Positions 40,817 through 52,639 of a stretch of DNA of 64,000 nt are shown here, in pieces. Made by a program: the position numbers and the translations under genes. Numbering within the stretch: the stretch's first letter is position 1; every line of letters starts with the position of its first letter. This stretch comes from Lepidodermella squamata (lineage: Eukaryota > Animalia > Gastrotricha): contig JBLDXI010000045.1 of NCBI GenBank assembly GCA_047495785.1, positions 806,001 through 870,000 of the forward strand, written 5' to 3'. Below the pieces are notes generated by a model. That model had not been told where the DNA came from. It saw only the letters and a program-made list of their open reading frames with translations, and did no database searches.

Positions 40817-42262
40817 ATGAATTTGTTACTTCAAACACTCGCTATCTCAGCTTTAGTTGTTTCTGTTGTGGCCGATCGGTTTAAACGGCCTTCTTACTGC
40901 AAATTGCCAGCCGAGTCCGGACGATGTCTAGCCTACATCGAACGGTACTACTACGACAAAAATGCTGGCGAATGCAAACTTTTTGTGTATGGGGTAAGTT
41001 CAAAGTAGTAACATTTCGAAATTTGAATTTTTTATTGCCAATTGAAGGGCTGCGACGGAAATAAAAACAATTTCGAAACGATCGCCGAATGCCAAAGAAG
41101 GTGCATGAACCTTATTACCGCAACTACGCCGCAGTTGCCTATCGCTCGACCGGCTTATTGTGAAGAAAAGCCGATTCCCGGTTCGTGCTCTGAAAAATTG
41201 CGGCGGTTTTACTACGATCACGAACGTGGAGAGTGCCGAGTCTTCACATACACCGTAAAAGATAGCACTTGATCTGAATTTGTTGATTAATTTCCGAATT
41301 TTATTTAGGGTTGCGAGGGCGGCTTGAACCGTTTCAAATCGCTTAAAAAGTGTCGCGAGGTTTGCCAAGACAGGCCCTGGAGACCGAATGTGAACCCGAC
41401 AACCGCAGCTACCGCAGCATCGCCTGAAATTGTGACCAAGCCGTCAACTTTCGACGTTCAAAATTGTAGGCTCAAGGCGGAGACTGGGCCCTGCAAAGCT
41501 TACTTCACCCGCTACTACTACGACTCGTCAAAGGGGAGATGCAAGACTTTTGTCTACGGCGTAAGTTTTTTTAGACAAGTTAAAATCATTTTCGAATTTA
41601 TTTTTAAAGGGCTGTAATGGCAATAAAAACAATTTCGCGTCGATGGAAGAGTGTGAAAAGAAATGCGTTGAAGGGCTGGCGAAGACCACGACAACACCCG
41701 CAGCTGCCGTTGAAAATGAAGGCGATTGCTTGCAAGAGTCAGATTCCGATGCCCGAGATTCTAGTGCTCGGCCGACCTATTGTTCGCTGAAACCGAAAAC
41801 TGGCCGGTGCAAGGCCTTCTTCAAGCGATATTACTACAGCGTCAAGGATGGAAAGTGCAAAGCTTTTGTCTATGGGGTATAGTAATAATTAGAGTCATTT
41901 TTCGTGGTAATTTTCTAATTTTTCAGGGTTGTGATGCCAATCGTAACAACTTCGAATCCTTCGACCAATGCATGAGGACTTGTTATCGCTCCAGGGGATC
42001 TTCGAAGAAGCATCATCGCAAGAGCAGCGAGAAGCGCAAAAGCTATCGGAATAAAAGCAAAAGTTCCTCGAAGCCATGGTCTACGGAGTTTATCAAACCC
42101 CACGCCCTGAAACTTGTCAGACAGCCGGCTGAAACGACAACGAAATCAGTGCCCAAGACTACAACTTCCGCAACTACTACAACCACTACGTCGCCAGCAG
42201 CTACAACTACAACATGTTCGACTACTACTACGACTGCTTCGGTCACTTCAACGCGAAAATAA
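40817..42262 (+). CDS. Secreted four-domain Kunitz/BPTI serine protease inhibitor with basic segment and Thr-rich tail
   Basis: Signal peptide; four six-Cys Kunitz domains (GxC..RYYY..C..FVYG|GC.GN.NNF...C...C), each split by a phase-0 intron at the same position. Confidence 0.95.
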
Positions 42263-42405
42263 AGTTTATTTTCGTAAAAATGCTGAACAAAATCATTTTC
42301 ACACATTTAAAGCCAAGTTGATACTATTATATTCTTTATGATGCGTTAATCCAATTCTATAACTCGAGTCATTATTAAAACATTGCGAAATAAATTGTGC
42401 CTGTC

Positions 42406-45400
42406 TCAATGGTCTACGTCAGCACAACGAGGGTCATAGCGAAGGTACAGAGGTACGAATAGGGTGAGGGGGATTCCAATAACAAGGCTTGCAACCAGGG
42501 CCAGGGTGAGCGCGTCGATTCCTGGGATGAACGAAAATTTTTAGAAATTTTAAAATGAATTTTGGTTGGAACATACGGGTAACTAATTCGGCCCATTGTT
42601 CGTCGAAAGATGGAGATTGGAAAAGCCAATCCGCCGCGTCAATCGTAGCCGCCGAGCTACGCCTTCTTGTGCTGTTCGAAATGGTCGAGTTGGACTTGGG
42701 CAAGGCCGTATAGACCGGCAACTCGTCCTCCTTCGGATGTTTCTCTTCATCTACGCTGACTAACCGGACGTGTTTCGTCGCTTTGGACACTGAATTTGTG
42801 CGCGGGAAAGGCGGCGAAGCGCCAACGGTTGGAGAACTACCCAACAGGCCTTGCTCTACGCCTAACGCCATTAATCTTCGATTTTCCAATTCTTCCCGCT
42901 CGAAGTTAGTTAGGGTATGCAAAGGTCGAGGTGGGATTGGAGGAGGGACACTGCGGGGCGGTGGAACAGGGGGTGTTGGGCTAGGAGTAGGCGCTGTGCT
43001 GTTCTTCCGACCACTCCTTCGCTCGACGATGATAACCTGGGGTGACAGTGATAGTGATTGATCGCCCATTTGCTTCAAATACGCCGCTTTCGACTGTCGA
43101 AGCTTCGGAACCTCGGTTTTGCCATGCATCACCGCGGCTGTTGCCAACAGACTCGAACCAGCCATAATGCCCTGGGTGATTGGTTTAACCCCTGGCTTTC
43201 GAGCGTCGAACTTATTCGGTGGGGGGCGCTTCTCGATATTCGCCGAGTAACAACTGCCACGCCTGTCCATATCTCGAATGTAGGAAACGCCTTTTCGAGA
43301 CGTTTTCGAGCTAACATTTGACGCTAAATCTTGCGCGGATACAGGCTGTTGCCAGAGGATGGGCAGAAATGGGGCGATGTGCTTGAATAGACGGTATATG
43401 CAATGCGGTGGTGGCCGGGTTGAGATATGAAGCATTCGTTCGACAAAAATCGATTGCATAATTCCGAATGAAGATATGATGATCAGAGAAATCACATATT
43501 TGGCTGTGAAAAATTAATGCGGTAATTCTTGCAATAATATTGCCTAAGACTTACATAGGGCAGTGAACTCGTTCGATTTGGGCATTTCTGCCGTTACAAT
43601 TGTCTGAAACACGACCATTGTCAAAAGGTTTGTTGTTCCAAAGCCGATGCGGTCCGACGTTGACCTACATTTTAAATTATTGAATAATTCAGAAAGAGAG
43701 AAACTTCACTTTGTCGACGGAATGATGAACCTGAATACAAATTATTATAGGAAAAAATTATCATAATGGGAAAATCTTACGCTAATAGTTGAATCAGAGA
43801 CAGCGTCGCGCACGGAAAGATCAAATTTAGCACCTTTTTAAATGCAAATTTTTATTTCGCTGATTTTAAATTTGTTTGAACTCTTACGTAAAATGAAGAT
43901 TTCCGCTTCAGAACGAATTCATATTTCAGACATCCGAAAGATTCGCCGGTGTAATAATCATGGGTATAGTTCTGCAAAGTAGAGCTTTTAGTTCACTCAA
44001 ATTAAGGAACTTCGAGGCTGACCCCAGTTCGATGACTGCAAAACGTCCACTGGTTGCTCGCGAAAGCATCATCAACCAAGAGAGTCGCAGTGCTGTTGAA
44101 AATCATCATCGTGCTATCCAGTGACCATGATCTATCGAATTATAATCAAGTTTATTGATATTTCATGAAATTTCAGTCTCAACTCGAAGTCGAATGAACA
44201 CGTTTGAATGTCGAAAGGAAAAGCCTACAAAGTTACAACGTTACAATTAACATATTTTATAATTTTCAGTTACTTTACCTCAAGATTCAGTTGGCTTCAA
44301 TTCAATATGAGAAAGAAAATTTGGGTTGAAACAAAAATTGCTTGTGTTTTCGTTGCAAACGTACCACCAAGTCCGAGCTGTGCCAGTTGGGACGAACTGA
44401 GCATCAAACGCTTATAGAATCACGATCTTCACATTTTAAATTCAAACTCATACTTTCATATGACCTTCGTAAGAAACCCGAACAACAAATCGAGGATCTC
44501 GAGACAACGAGTACAAATGATCCGCTGAATTGGTCATCTGTAAAAGGAGCTATAAGTTGTGGAACGTAAAACAGGAGTTTTGGAAATCATACCGCAATGT
44601 CTGGCAGCCAGAGGCGGTAGCTAGAAACGCAATGGAACAACTTTAACTACCAAAGATTGTAAGGAAACTTTACCTGTCAAAGGCTAAAAATGTGACGTTG
44701 TCGTACTTGGCTGGATCCCTGAATAAGCAATAACGTAACATAGCAGTTTGGTTAATTCAATCGACTTGCCATTTGAATCTGGCATCTCTCCATTCCTGGA
44801 TTGTCAGAAATTAGTGAAATCGATATTAGGAATCATGTTCAACTTACGATTAGAAGGGCAATGACGGTTTCCAAAATTCCCTCCCGTTCAATGGTGCTTT
44901 TCACCTTGATGAGAAGCACATCCATCGCTACTGATACTGGCTTATCTGAGTAAATTAAATAAACTCACTCGTTTATTTCCAACATATAACCATAATTTTA
45001 CCTGGAATAATTTCCTTCTTGTAATCATGGAACATCTCGTGTAGAAGCTGCGCCATTTTCGGAACTTTCGGAACGTAGGAATGACGTCGGGGCTGATACG
45101 ATTCTGCCGCAGTTTGAGACTGTTGCTTCGACCCTGTCACGTTCCCACCACTTGTTTTAGACTTCCTAACCGACTTGAGCGGTTTAGTTGTCATCGAAAG
45201 GTTGAACGAACGATTGTCGCCCGTCGGTCGTCCGACTCTCGCTTTGCTCGACAAAACATTCGGCGTGTAGTGAGAAATAGCGGCCGTGGATGTGAAAAAA
45301 TCATCATCATCATCCGAATCTTCTTCTGTGTATTCGTCAAGATTTATAACTTCTTCGGCCAACGTCGAATTTTCAACTGTTTCAATGGTTGTAGTCTCAA

Positions 45401-45725
45401 GAGCTGCAGTAGTTGTTGTAGTCACCGCTTCATGACTAATTGATGTGATCAGTGGTGCCTGAAATGGCGTAGCAGACGTAGTTGCGAGGCGGTTGAATGA
45501 TTGCGGTTGATATTGACGGTAAAAATCAGGCAACAGTGACCCTTGTCGAATCGGCAGCGGCTTCACAGGGTGCGCGATTATCGCAGCATTGAAATCAGAA
45601 GCAGGTGTTGCATTAAAAGAGCCTCCAGTTACTGCCAGAGATCTTACAAGACTTGCCTCGATTAAAACTGCCAACCAGCTATAATACATAATATTCAAGG
45701 AAACACCCTCACTTCCCTGCTTCAT
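42406..45725 (-). CDS. Cys-loop ligand-gated ion channel subunit, nAChR/5-HT3-like, non-alpha type
   Basis: Spliced motifs: QLLHEMFHDYKKEIIP, EWRDARFKWDPAKYDNV, LWLPDIAMTNSAD, Cys-loop CQLNLEAFPFDIQTC, loop B ESWS, KRKSSFY, M1-M3, long intracellular loop, M4 (RIDALTLALVASLVIG). Confidence 0.93.
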
Positions 45726-45965
45726 TTCTGATAAAGATGAGCCAAGTGCGTGGAATGTGACGGCGCGTTGGGCCGTGAATCGATTTTTTGTGCATTCCGT
45801 TAATTAAAATGATTGCAATTAAGGCGGATTGAATTTCTTCTGGGATTAAAAATACACGTTTTGTGCTGTGGCGAAACTGACAATAACCTCTGAGAGCTTA
45901 TATTATCCCCTTTCTATTTTCAGTTTCTTCTTCTCGGGGGCAGTAGCGATTTATCTTTTACATGG

Positions 45966-45970
45966 AAAAA
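45966..45970 (-). terminator. RNA polymerase III terminator (T5) of tRNA-Met copy A
   Basis: TTTTT begins 7 nt past the tRNA 3' end on the minus strand. Confidence 0.8.
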
Positions 45971-45976
45971 GTAGGC

Positions 45977-46050
45977 TGCCCCCTGTGAGGATCGAACTCA
46001 CGACCTCCAGATTATGAGACTGGCGCTCTAGCCAACTGAGCCAAGGAGGC
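45977..46050 (-). tRNA. tRNA-Met (CAT), elongator type
   Basis: GCCTCCT TG GCTC AGTTGGCTA GAGC G CCAGT CTCATAA TCTGG AGGTC GTGAG TTCGATC CTCAC AGGGGGC A: full cloverleaf, G1-C72 pair, TTCGA T-loop and the U31-U39 opposition typical of eukaryotic elongator Met. Confidence 0.97.
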
Positions 46051-47128
46051 TGCTCTGGATAAAAGAGTTCGATTGGGCTATCATAATGAGATGAATGTAA
46101 CATTTAGGCGCGTCTTTTTCTTCGTTGACTGATTTTTCAACCTAAAATGTAAATCGCAAGTGGCTACGAGCAATTGCAAAGTACCATGGCACTGGAAATT
46201 GGAATAATTATCAAAAAGTGATTATACGATGATGTCGATTGCTAATGAGATGCAAAATTAATCACGAGAACATACATTTGGAATTGAAATGCAGATTCAA
46301 CTGACCTACCCCGACTCCTAATTGACTCCCGAACACGTTGACGAGTAATTGTAAACGTTTTGATTTTAAATACATGCCGCTCTTTTGCTCTCTTTTCTGT
46401 GTGACCTTGCCAGCTGATGAAAAAGCTTTCCGGTCGACCTGTGAACTAATTAACACACCTAATTAGAGGAATTTTCAGTCACCGACCTGTAATTTAATTG
46501 AACAGAGTTCAAGTCCTAACTGTATTTAAGGTATGCCTCATCAGTCAATCGCAACACCCAACAGTAGGACCAGGGGAGAGTCCCGAAGGTTCTCCAATTG
46601 CATTGCTCCCGTCCTGGTTCCCCAATACCCGACTCCATTTAGTTCGCTGTTGTAAAAATCTTAGGCACAGGGGCCCCGATAAAGCAGGAACCGACGGCAG
46701 CCATTTTGCAGAATTGTGCAGTGGATTATTATTTTGAAGAGAATTAGTACACTTATACTTTCTAGCGTCTTAATCGCGCCCTATCAAGATTAACCTCTGC
46801 ACATAGCAGGTGCTCATGCGAGCCGCGAGTTAGAAGGCCCTGCCTACTGCCTATGATTATTATGCTTCTGTCATTTACTGTTTTTTTCAAAGCTCTCTTG
46901 CCTTCTGTCCTTTATTCCCGCCATTCTGCCTTGTAACTTCGGTCCTGACTGATAATTTGTGAAATCGTTTCTCAGTGATAAAACATATAATACTTAGCAA
47001 GTGATTCGGGCCCTTTATTTTATGAGCCTCAAACGAGTGTGTGAAAAGGTGTGAAATATGGCTGAAATGAGACGCCAAGTCGCATATGAGCTATACCGGA
47101 TCTCATTTTGGTATAATTAGCATTTAGC

Positions 47129-47926
47129 ATGTCAAGATTAACATGGCTTTTTCTCGCCGCAGTTCTGTCGCTGGCAGCATCGAATCCTTGGCATCAAGCG
47201 GAAGAAGAATACGAAGATGAAGAGGTTGGTGTAGCCTTTCAATACATAGATGTGTGATATCGAATATTGCTACAGGAAGGCTGTATGATTCCGAAGTTGT
47301 CCAACTCGTTCAAAATCAAGTTCCTCAAATACTCCACTACATCCCCACTTTATCGATTCATCAGAACGAAGGAAGAGGAGATAGTCCCTCTTGGTTCGCG
47401 ATTGTTCATCGCTTGTGAGGCCGGTTATAAAGTAGATGGCCCGAAAGAGCATGCTTGCAAACGAGATGGAACTTGGGATATCACTCCCAGGGGTTGCGTT
47501 CCAAGTAAGGAAAAGAGATCATCTCAAAACAACGTTAAGAGACTTGAAATTGTAATTTTTACAGCACCAAGCACTGAAACTACCACTCCAGTTTTGACTG
47601 AAGAGGAATACGAGGATGACGAAGAAGAACAAATCTCGCCCGAACCAATCACTATCGTCGAAGGCACTACGAAACCAACCATCCAAACTGTAGCTGACCC
47701 ACTACAATTTTTTACCGATCCTGAGCAATCCACTTCCAGCCCAACCACTGCATTATCCGAGAAATCACAGGCATTACAAGAAGGAGCAGCAGGTGAATCT
47801 GCCGTGAGAACAACCGAAAAAGCAGCTCTTGCAGCGAAAGAAATTTCTACTACTGCCTCAACTCCGCTCCCTACAAAAACCGAACCAAATTTATTATTCA
47901 TATATTTTATTTCTTTATTGATTTAA
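47129..47926 (+). CDS. Secreted/surface protein with one Sushi (CCP)-like domain and Thr/Glu/Pro-rich stalk, copy A (shortened)
   Basis: Signal peptide MSRLTWLFLAAVLSLAAS; C..P..CEAGYKVDG..CKRDGTWD..P.C; two GT-AG introns; ends LLFIYFISLLI. Confidence 0.8.
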
Positions 47927-47994
47927 GAGCTTTAACACCCCCAACAGAGGGCAGCGCGCTCGACATAGCGGAAAATGACAGGAAACATGATAAT

Positions 47995-48157
47995 CGTTAG
48001 CTTCGCGCCAAAAGGGCGGCTTTACTAAAAATAGCCCTCACATATGAAAAGTACGGCCGGTTCATAACGTGTTAGGGAATACAACCGGCGAATAATGTTA
48101 TCACGTTCTACGGGCAAGTGACGTCAACTTAACTGCCCTTTTGGCGCGAGGCTAACG
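47995..48157. mobile_element. 163-bp MITE-like element with 25-bp TIRs and a 4-bp TAAT direct repeat
   Basis: TAAT|CGTTAGCTTCGCGCCAAAAGGGCGG ... CTGCCCTTTTGGCGCGAGGCTAACG|TAAT. Confidence 0.8.
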
Positions 48158-48375
48158 TAATGCAAGGACAGTTACAGTATAGGACAAAGGAAAATTGCAA
48201 ATAAAGTGGGTATACTAACAATAAATTACAAAAAACTGAATTATATAGAAGGTTGATCAACAATATTTTACTATGATATGAAACAATATGAAACAAAAGG
48301 CTTAATCAATCGAGAGACATAATCAATGAAAGCAGCGCGCAGAACACCGGGATTTTATTTCACTTTTATGACATA

Positions 48376-48835
48376 CCGTATTTGTTCCAATAATAGCCCA
48401 TTCACTAATAGTCGCCCATGTCAAGGCATCAAGATCAGGCAAATCGCCCATCTCTAACAATCGCCCGGGCTAGGTGTCGTGCGCCCTTATGCGGTCGCGT
48501 GTTGGTATAAAATTCAATAAGTTCTTGAGAAACTTGCAATTATGCTTGCAGTGGTGGCACTGCGTACTGTGTGACTGGATTAAGGAATTACGTGCGCGGC
48601 GGGTGCGCGTGTCGAAAGGCTGTGCAGTTGGTAAAAGACAAAATGGGGCCGAATTTTGTTTTCAAGGGGTCTGTTGGGTGGCTCTGACCAAATAAAACCG
48701 AAGTGACCGAGAATCGCCCATCTCTAATAATCGCCCATCTCTAATAATCGCCCATCTCTATTAGTAGCTCACTTTTTAGGACTTTTTTGGTGGTTGAAAA
48801 TTTAGTAGCCCGGGCTGCTATTGGAACAAATACAG
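48376..48835 (+). mobile_element. Internally deleted pogo/Tigger-like DNA transposon (460 bp, TA TSD)
   Basis: TA|CCGTATTTGTTCCAATAATAGCCC ... GGGCTGCTATTGGAACAAATACAG|TA; subterminal AATCGCCCATCTCTA repeats; internal LCDWIKELRARRVRVS resembles a CENP-B-type HTH fragment. Confidence 0.85.
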
Positions 48836-48869
48836 TATGCAAAAATACAGACATTTCATTTGAGGTGGG

Positions 48870-48975
48870 AAATTATTTGAATTTGGCGGAATTTTGCTCG
48901 ACATGCCGTCTCAGGCTGATGAACATCATCGACAGTTGATTCCAAAGGTCTGGAACTCGACGAAAATACCCGAAA
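48870..48975 (-). mobile_element. Short 3' remnant of a CR1/L2-like LINE ORF2
   Basis: Minus-strand translation YFRRVPDLWNQLS...SAKFK resembles the conserved F.RV..LWN.LP...FK C-terminal LINE motif. Confidence 0.5.
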
Positions 48976-49471
48976 ATTATGTGCTGGCCGTGTACCAGTG
49001 GCTGGCCTCCCAGTTTTAGACCTAGTTACGCGACTGCTGTGCCATTGATTATAATCGGGGAACTCGCCGCAATGGGTTTAGCGTCGCTGAGTAAACAAAT
49101 AGTAACATGAATTTTGCGATTTTTTTCCCATTCACTTCTAGCGAGTTGCCTTGAAACCAATGGCAGAACCTAATCATTCCCAGCTTTAAAGAACCACGGT
49201 TCTGACGCTGGAAATTGAAGTAATCATCAATAAGTCATTACGATAATGCCAATTACTAGTTAAGTTCAAACCTAATCACGAGACGGTTTTGGAGTATATT
49301 ATTATAAGAAATAGAGCATCCCGCCCTAATTTCGGCCGCTTTATAGGTTTTCCCTACTTTGCCAGCCAGGTGAATTTTTAGAAAATATTCGGCAAAAGCA
49401 GAATTAAAGACGAGTTCTTAGGCTATTGAATGCCGCTTTCCGCGAGTCCGGACGATTTATCTTTTACATGG

Positions 49472-49476
49472 AAAAA
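49472..49476 (-). terminator. RNA polymerase III terminator (T5) of tRNA-Met copy B
   Basis: Same T5 run as in copy A. Confidence 0.8.
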
Positions 49477-49482
49477 GTAGGC

Positions 49483-49556
49483 TGCCCCCTGTGAGGATCG
49501 AACTCACGACCTCCAGATTATGAGACTGGCGCTCTAGCCAACTGAGCCAAGGAGGC
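49483..49556 (-). tRNA. tRNA-Met (CAT), elongator type, identical to copy A
   Basis: Sequence identical to 45977-46050. Confidence 0.97.
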
Positions 49557-50801
49557 TGCTCTGGATAAAAGAGTTCGATTGGGCTATCATAATGAGATAA
49601 ATGTAACATTTAGGCGCCTCTTTTTCTTCGTTGACTAATTCTTCAACCTAAAATGTAAACCGCAAGAGACTACGAACAATTGCTAAGCACCATGGCCGTG
49701 CTGGTACTGGAATAATTATCTAAAAGTGATGATGATGATGTCGATTGCTAATGAGATGCAAAATTAATCACGAGAACATTTTGGAGTTCATAAAAAAAAT
49801 CAGTTGGTATAACTGCGACAAACAAACAATGCCTCCGGGTAATTGAAATGCACGTGTAACTCATCAGCTGACCTGACCTGACTCCTAATGGACTCCCGAA
49901 CACATGTTTTCTCGTACAGAAAAAAGAACAGGAGCTTCGCTTGTTGGATAAAATCACAATCATGTGTTAACTGCTGAACTGGTATATACGAGTAATTTAA
50001 TTCTTTTCGATTTTGAATACATGTCGCTTTTGTACCTTTTCTTCGTACAGACAAAAGCACGGGAGCATTGGCAAATAAAATGTGTATACGGGTGAACTGG
50101 TATTGACGTAATTTTATACGTTTTGATTTTAAATACATGCCGCTCATTTGCTCTCTTTTCTGTGTGACCTTTCCAGCTGGATGAAAATGCTTTCCGGTCG
50201 ACCTGTTAACTTATAAAATATACCTCATTATACGAATTATGAGTCACCGACCTGTAATTAAATTGAACAGAGTCCAAGTCCTGCCTGTATTTAAGGTCTG
50301 TCAATCTCAACCCCCAACAGCAGGACTAGGGGAGAGACCCGAAGGTTCTCCAATGGTATTGCTCCCGTCCTAGTTCTTCCACACCCGCTTGCAAACAGAG
50401 ACAGAACCTGAACATTTCTCTCAGATGGCTGTCAAGTTCACCAGCAAGCTAGTTAGGCTAACCGTGGGGGGTTACCTTAAAAGAATTTTTTCAGCGCCGA
50501 GCATCCACCTTCATCGGCGATAACTTGGCGTACGCGACCCAAAATTTGCCATAAAAATGCGTTGCCCGTTACCTCCACCAGGAGGCTGCTGGTGTTACTT
50601 GAACCGCAGTCGGCTCTACGATCCCTGTGCGGTAACACCCAAAATTAGCTAAACCAATAACACTTCGCGGTTCGATAACTGCTAGCAACCGCCTTCGACC
50701 AGCAAAAGATTCGTGAAGTTTTAGATAAAGTGGATTATTTGCTGGAAGAGAATTAGTGCAATTACTTTCTAGCGCAATTCTCATTTTGGTTTATACCTAG
50801 C

Positions 50802-52479
50802 ATGTCAAGATTAGCATGGCTTATTTTTCTATGCGGAGCAGCCGCTGTTCTGTCGCTGGCAGCATCGAATCCTTGGCATCAAGCGGAAGAAGAATACGAA
50901 GATGAAGAGGTTGGTAGCCTTTCAATACATAGATGTGTGATATCGAATATTGCTACAGGAAGGCTGTGTGATTCCGAAGTTGTCTAACTCGTTCAAAATA
51001 AAGTCCCTCAAGTACTCCATTTCATCGCCACATGATCAATTTACTGGGACGAAGGACGAGGAGAGAGTTCCTCTTGGTTCGCGATTGTTCATCGCTTGCG
51101 AGGCCGGTTATAAAGTAGATGGCCCGAAAGAGCATGCTTGCAAACGAGATGGAACTTGGGATATCACTCCCAAGGGTTGCGTTCCAAGTAAGGAAAAGAG
51201 ATCATCTATCATTTCAAAACAAGGTTAAGAGAGTTGAAATTGTAATTTTTACAGCACTAAGCACTGAAACTGCTACCGCAGTTGCGACTGAAGAGGAATA
51301 CGAAGATGACGAAGAAGGACCAACCTCACCTGAACCAACCACTCTCGCTGAAAATACCACGAAACCGACCAGCCAGACTATAGCTGATTCCTCACAATCT
51401 AATACCAATCCTGAGCAATCCTCGGAAGGTATGCGAAAGGCATTTTTGCAAGAAGGCTGTATTATTCCGAAGTTGTCTAACGTTTCCTTAATGTACATCT
51501 TTTCATCTCCACGTTATAATCCTGCCGTTACCGAGGGGGCGAGAGTTCCTATTGGTTCGCTCTTGTTCATCATCGCTTGTAAGATTGGTTATAAAGTTGA
51601 TGATACGACATGGCCTGCTTGCAAACGAGATGGAACGTGGGATATCACTCCCCAGGGTTGCGTTCCAAGTAAGGAAGATATCATCATATAAAACAATGTT
51701 AACAGCTTGAAATTGGAATTTAAGAGGACGAACAAACCTCACCTGAACCAATCGAAGGAACCACGAACCCAACCAGCCAGACCCCAGCTGGTCCGTTACA
51801 ATCTAATACCGAGCCTGAGCAATCCACGGAAGCTGCTTCGATAAGCGCTGAAACATTAACTTCCTTGGCTGCCGGTGAATCGATTGAAAGCACCACGGAA
51901 GAATCCATTTCATGGACAACGGAAGCTACTTCAAGCCCCATTGAAATTTCTCAGCAATCACAAGCGGGTGAATCTGCTGAGAGTAAAGCCTTGGAAAACA
52001 CCACCGAAAAATCAGTCGATGAAGCCAAAGAGATTTCTAATACTGAGCCAGTATCTACAACTGCCGAAGCTTCCTCAATTCCGCTTACAAAAACCGAATC
52101 AAATCCTGAAGATACTACAGTTGCTTCGAAAAGAGCCGAAATGTCAGCATCCTCGGCGGCTGACCAATCGATTGTAAGGACCATTGAAGCGCCGACTTTG
52201 TCGGCAACTGAGGTTACTTCAAGCCCTACCGCTGCGTTATCTCAGCGATCACAAGAAGTAGATGAATCTGCTCAAAGAACAACCTTGGAAAAAACCGAAA
52301 TATCAACTGTAGAAGCCAAAGAACCTACTACTGCTAAGCCAGCATCTACAACAACCGAAGCTGCCTCAACGCCGGCGCTCGCGGCTGCATTGACCGATGG
52401 CTTAGCTTGTCGCCGAAATGTTATGAGTTTTAGCCTAAATATAGCCGCCAAGTTCGACGTTTCTTATCTTGGCAATTAA
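50802..52479 (+). CDS. Secreted/surface protein with two Sushi (CCP)-like domains and long mucin-like stalk, copy B
   Basis: Signal peptide; two C..P..C..GYKVD..CKRDGTWDITP.GC modules, each followed by a phase-1 intron; S/T/E-rich internal repeats. The 3' end is uncertain. Confidence 0.82.
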
Positions 52480-52639
52480 GATACATGAGCCACATATTTA
52501 AACCCATAAAAGACTTGTTACATGCGCCCGTGATACAACAAAAGGCGTAATAAAAGCATTATCGGTTCGATTTTGAGCTGATATTTACAAAATTACGGAA
52601 TCTTTTTGGCATAGCTGAATAAGTCGGGAGGAAACATTA

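Larger units (their letters stand above)
45947..47890 (+). repeat. Tandem segmental duplication, copy A (tRNA-Met + spacer + Sushi/mucin gene)
   Basis: Colinear with 49453-52104, beginning at the identical sequence cgatttatcttttacatggaaaaagtaggctgcc. Confidence 0.9.
49453..52104 (+). repeat. Tandem segmental duplication, copy B
   Basis: Colinear with 45947-47890, with copy-specific indels in the spacer and an extra Sushi module. Confidence 0.9.

Noticed and set aside
48700-48765. Short direct-repeat arrays (also 16840-17060, 52660-52760, 19290-19326) that superficially resemble CRISPR or iteron arrays
   Set aside because: No unique spacers or cas genes, and the context is eukaryotic. They are MITE subterminal repeats or a simple 15-bp tandem repeat.
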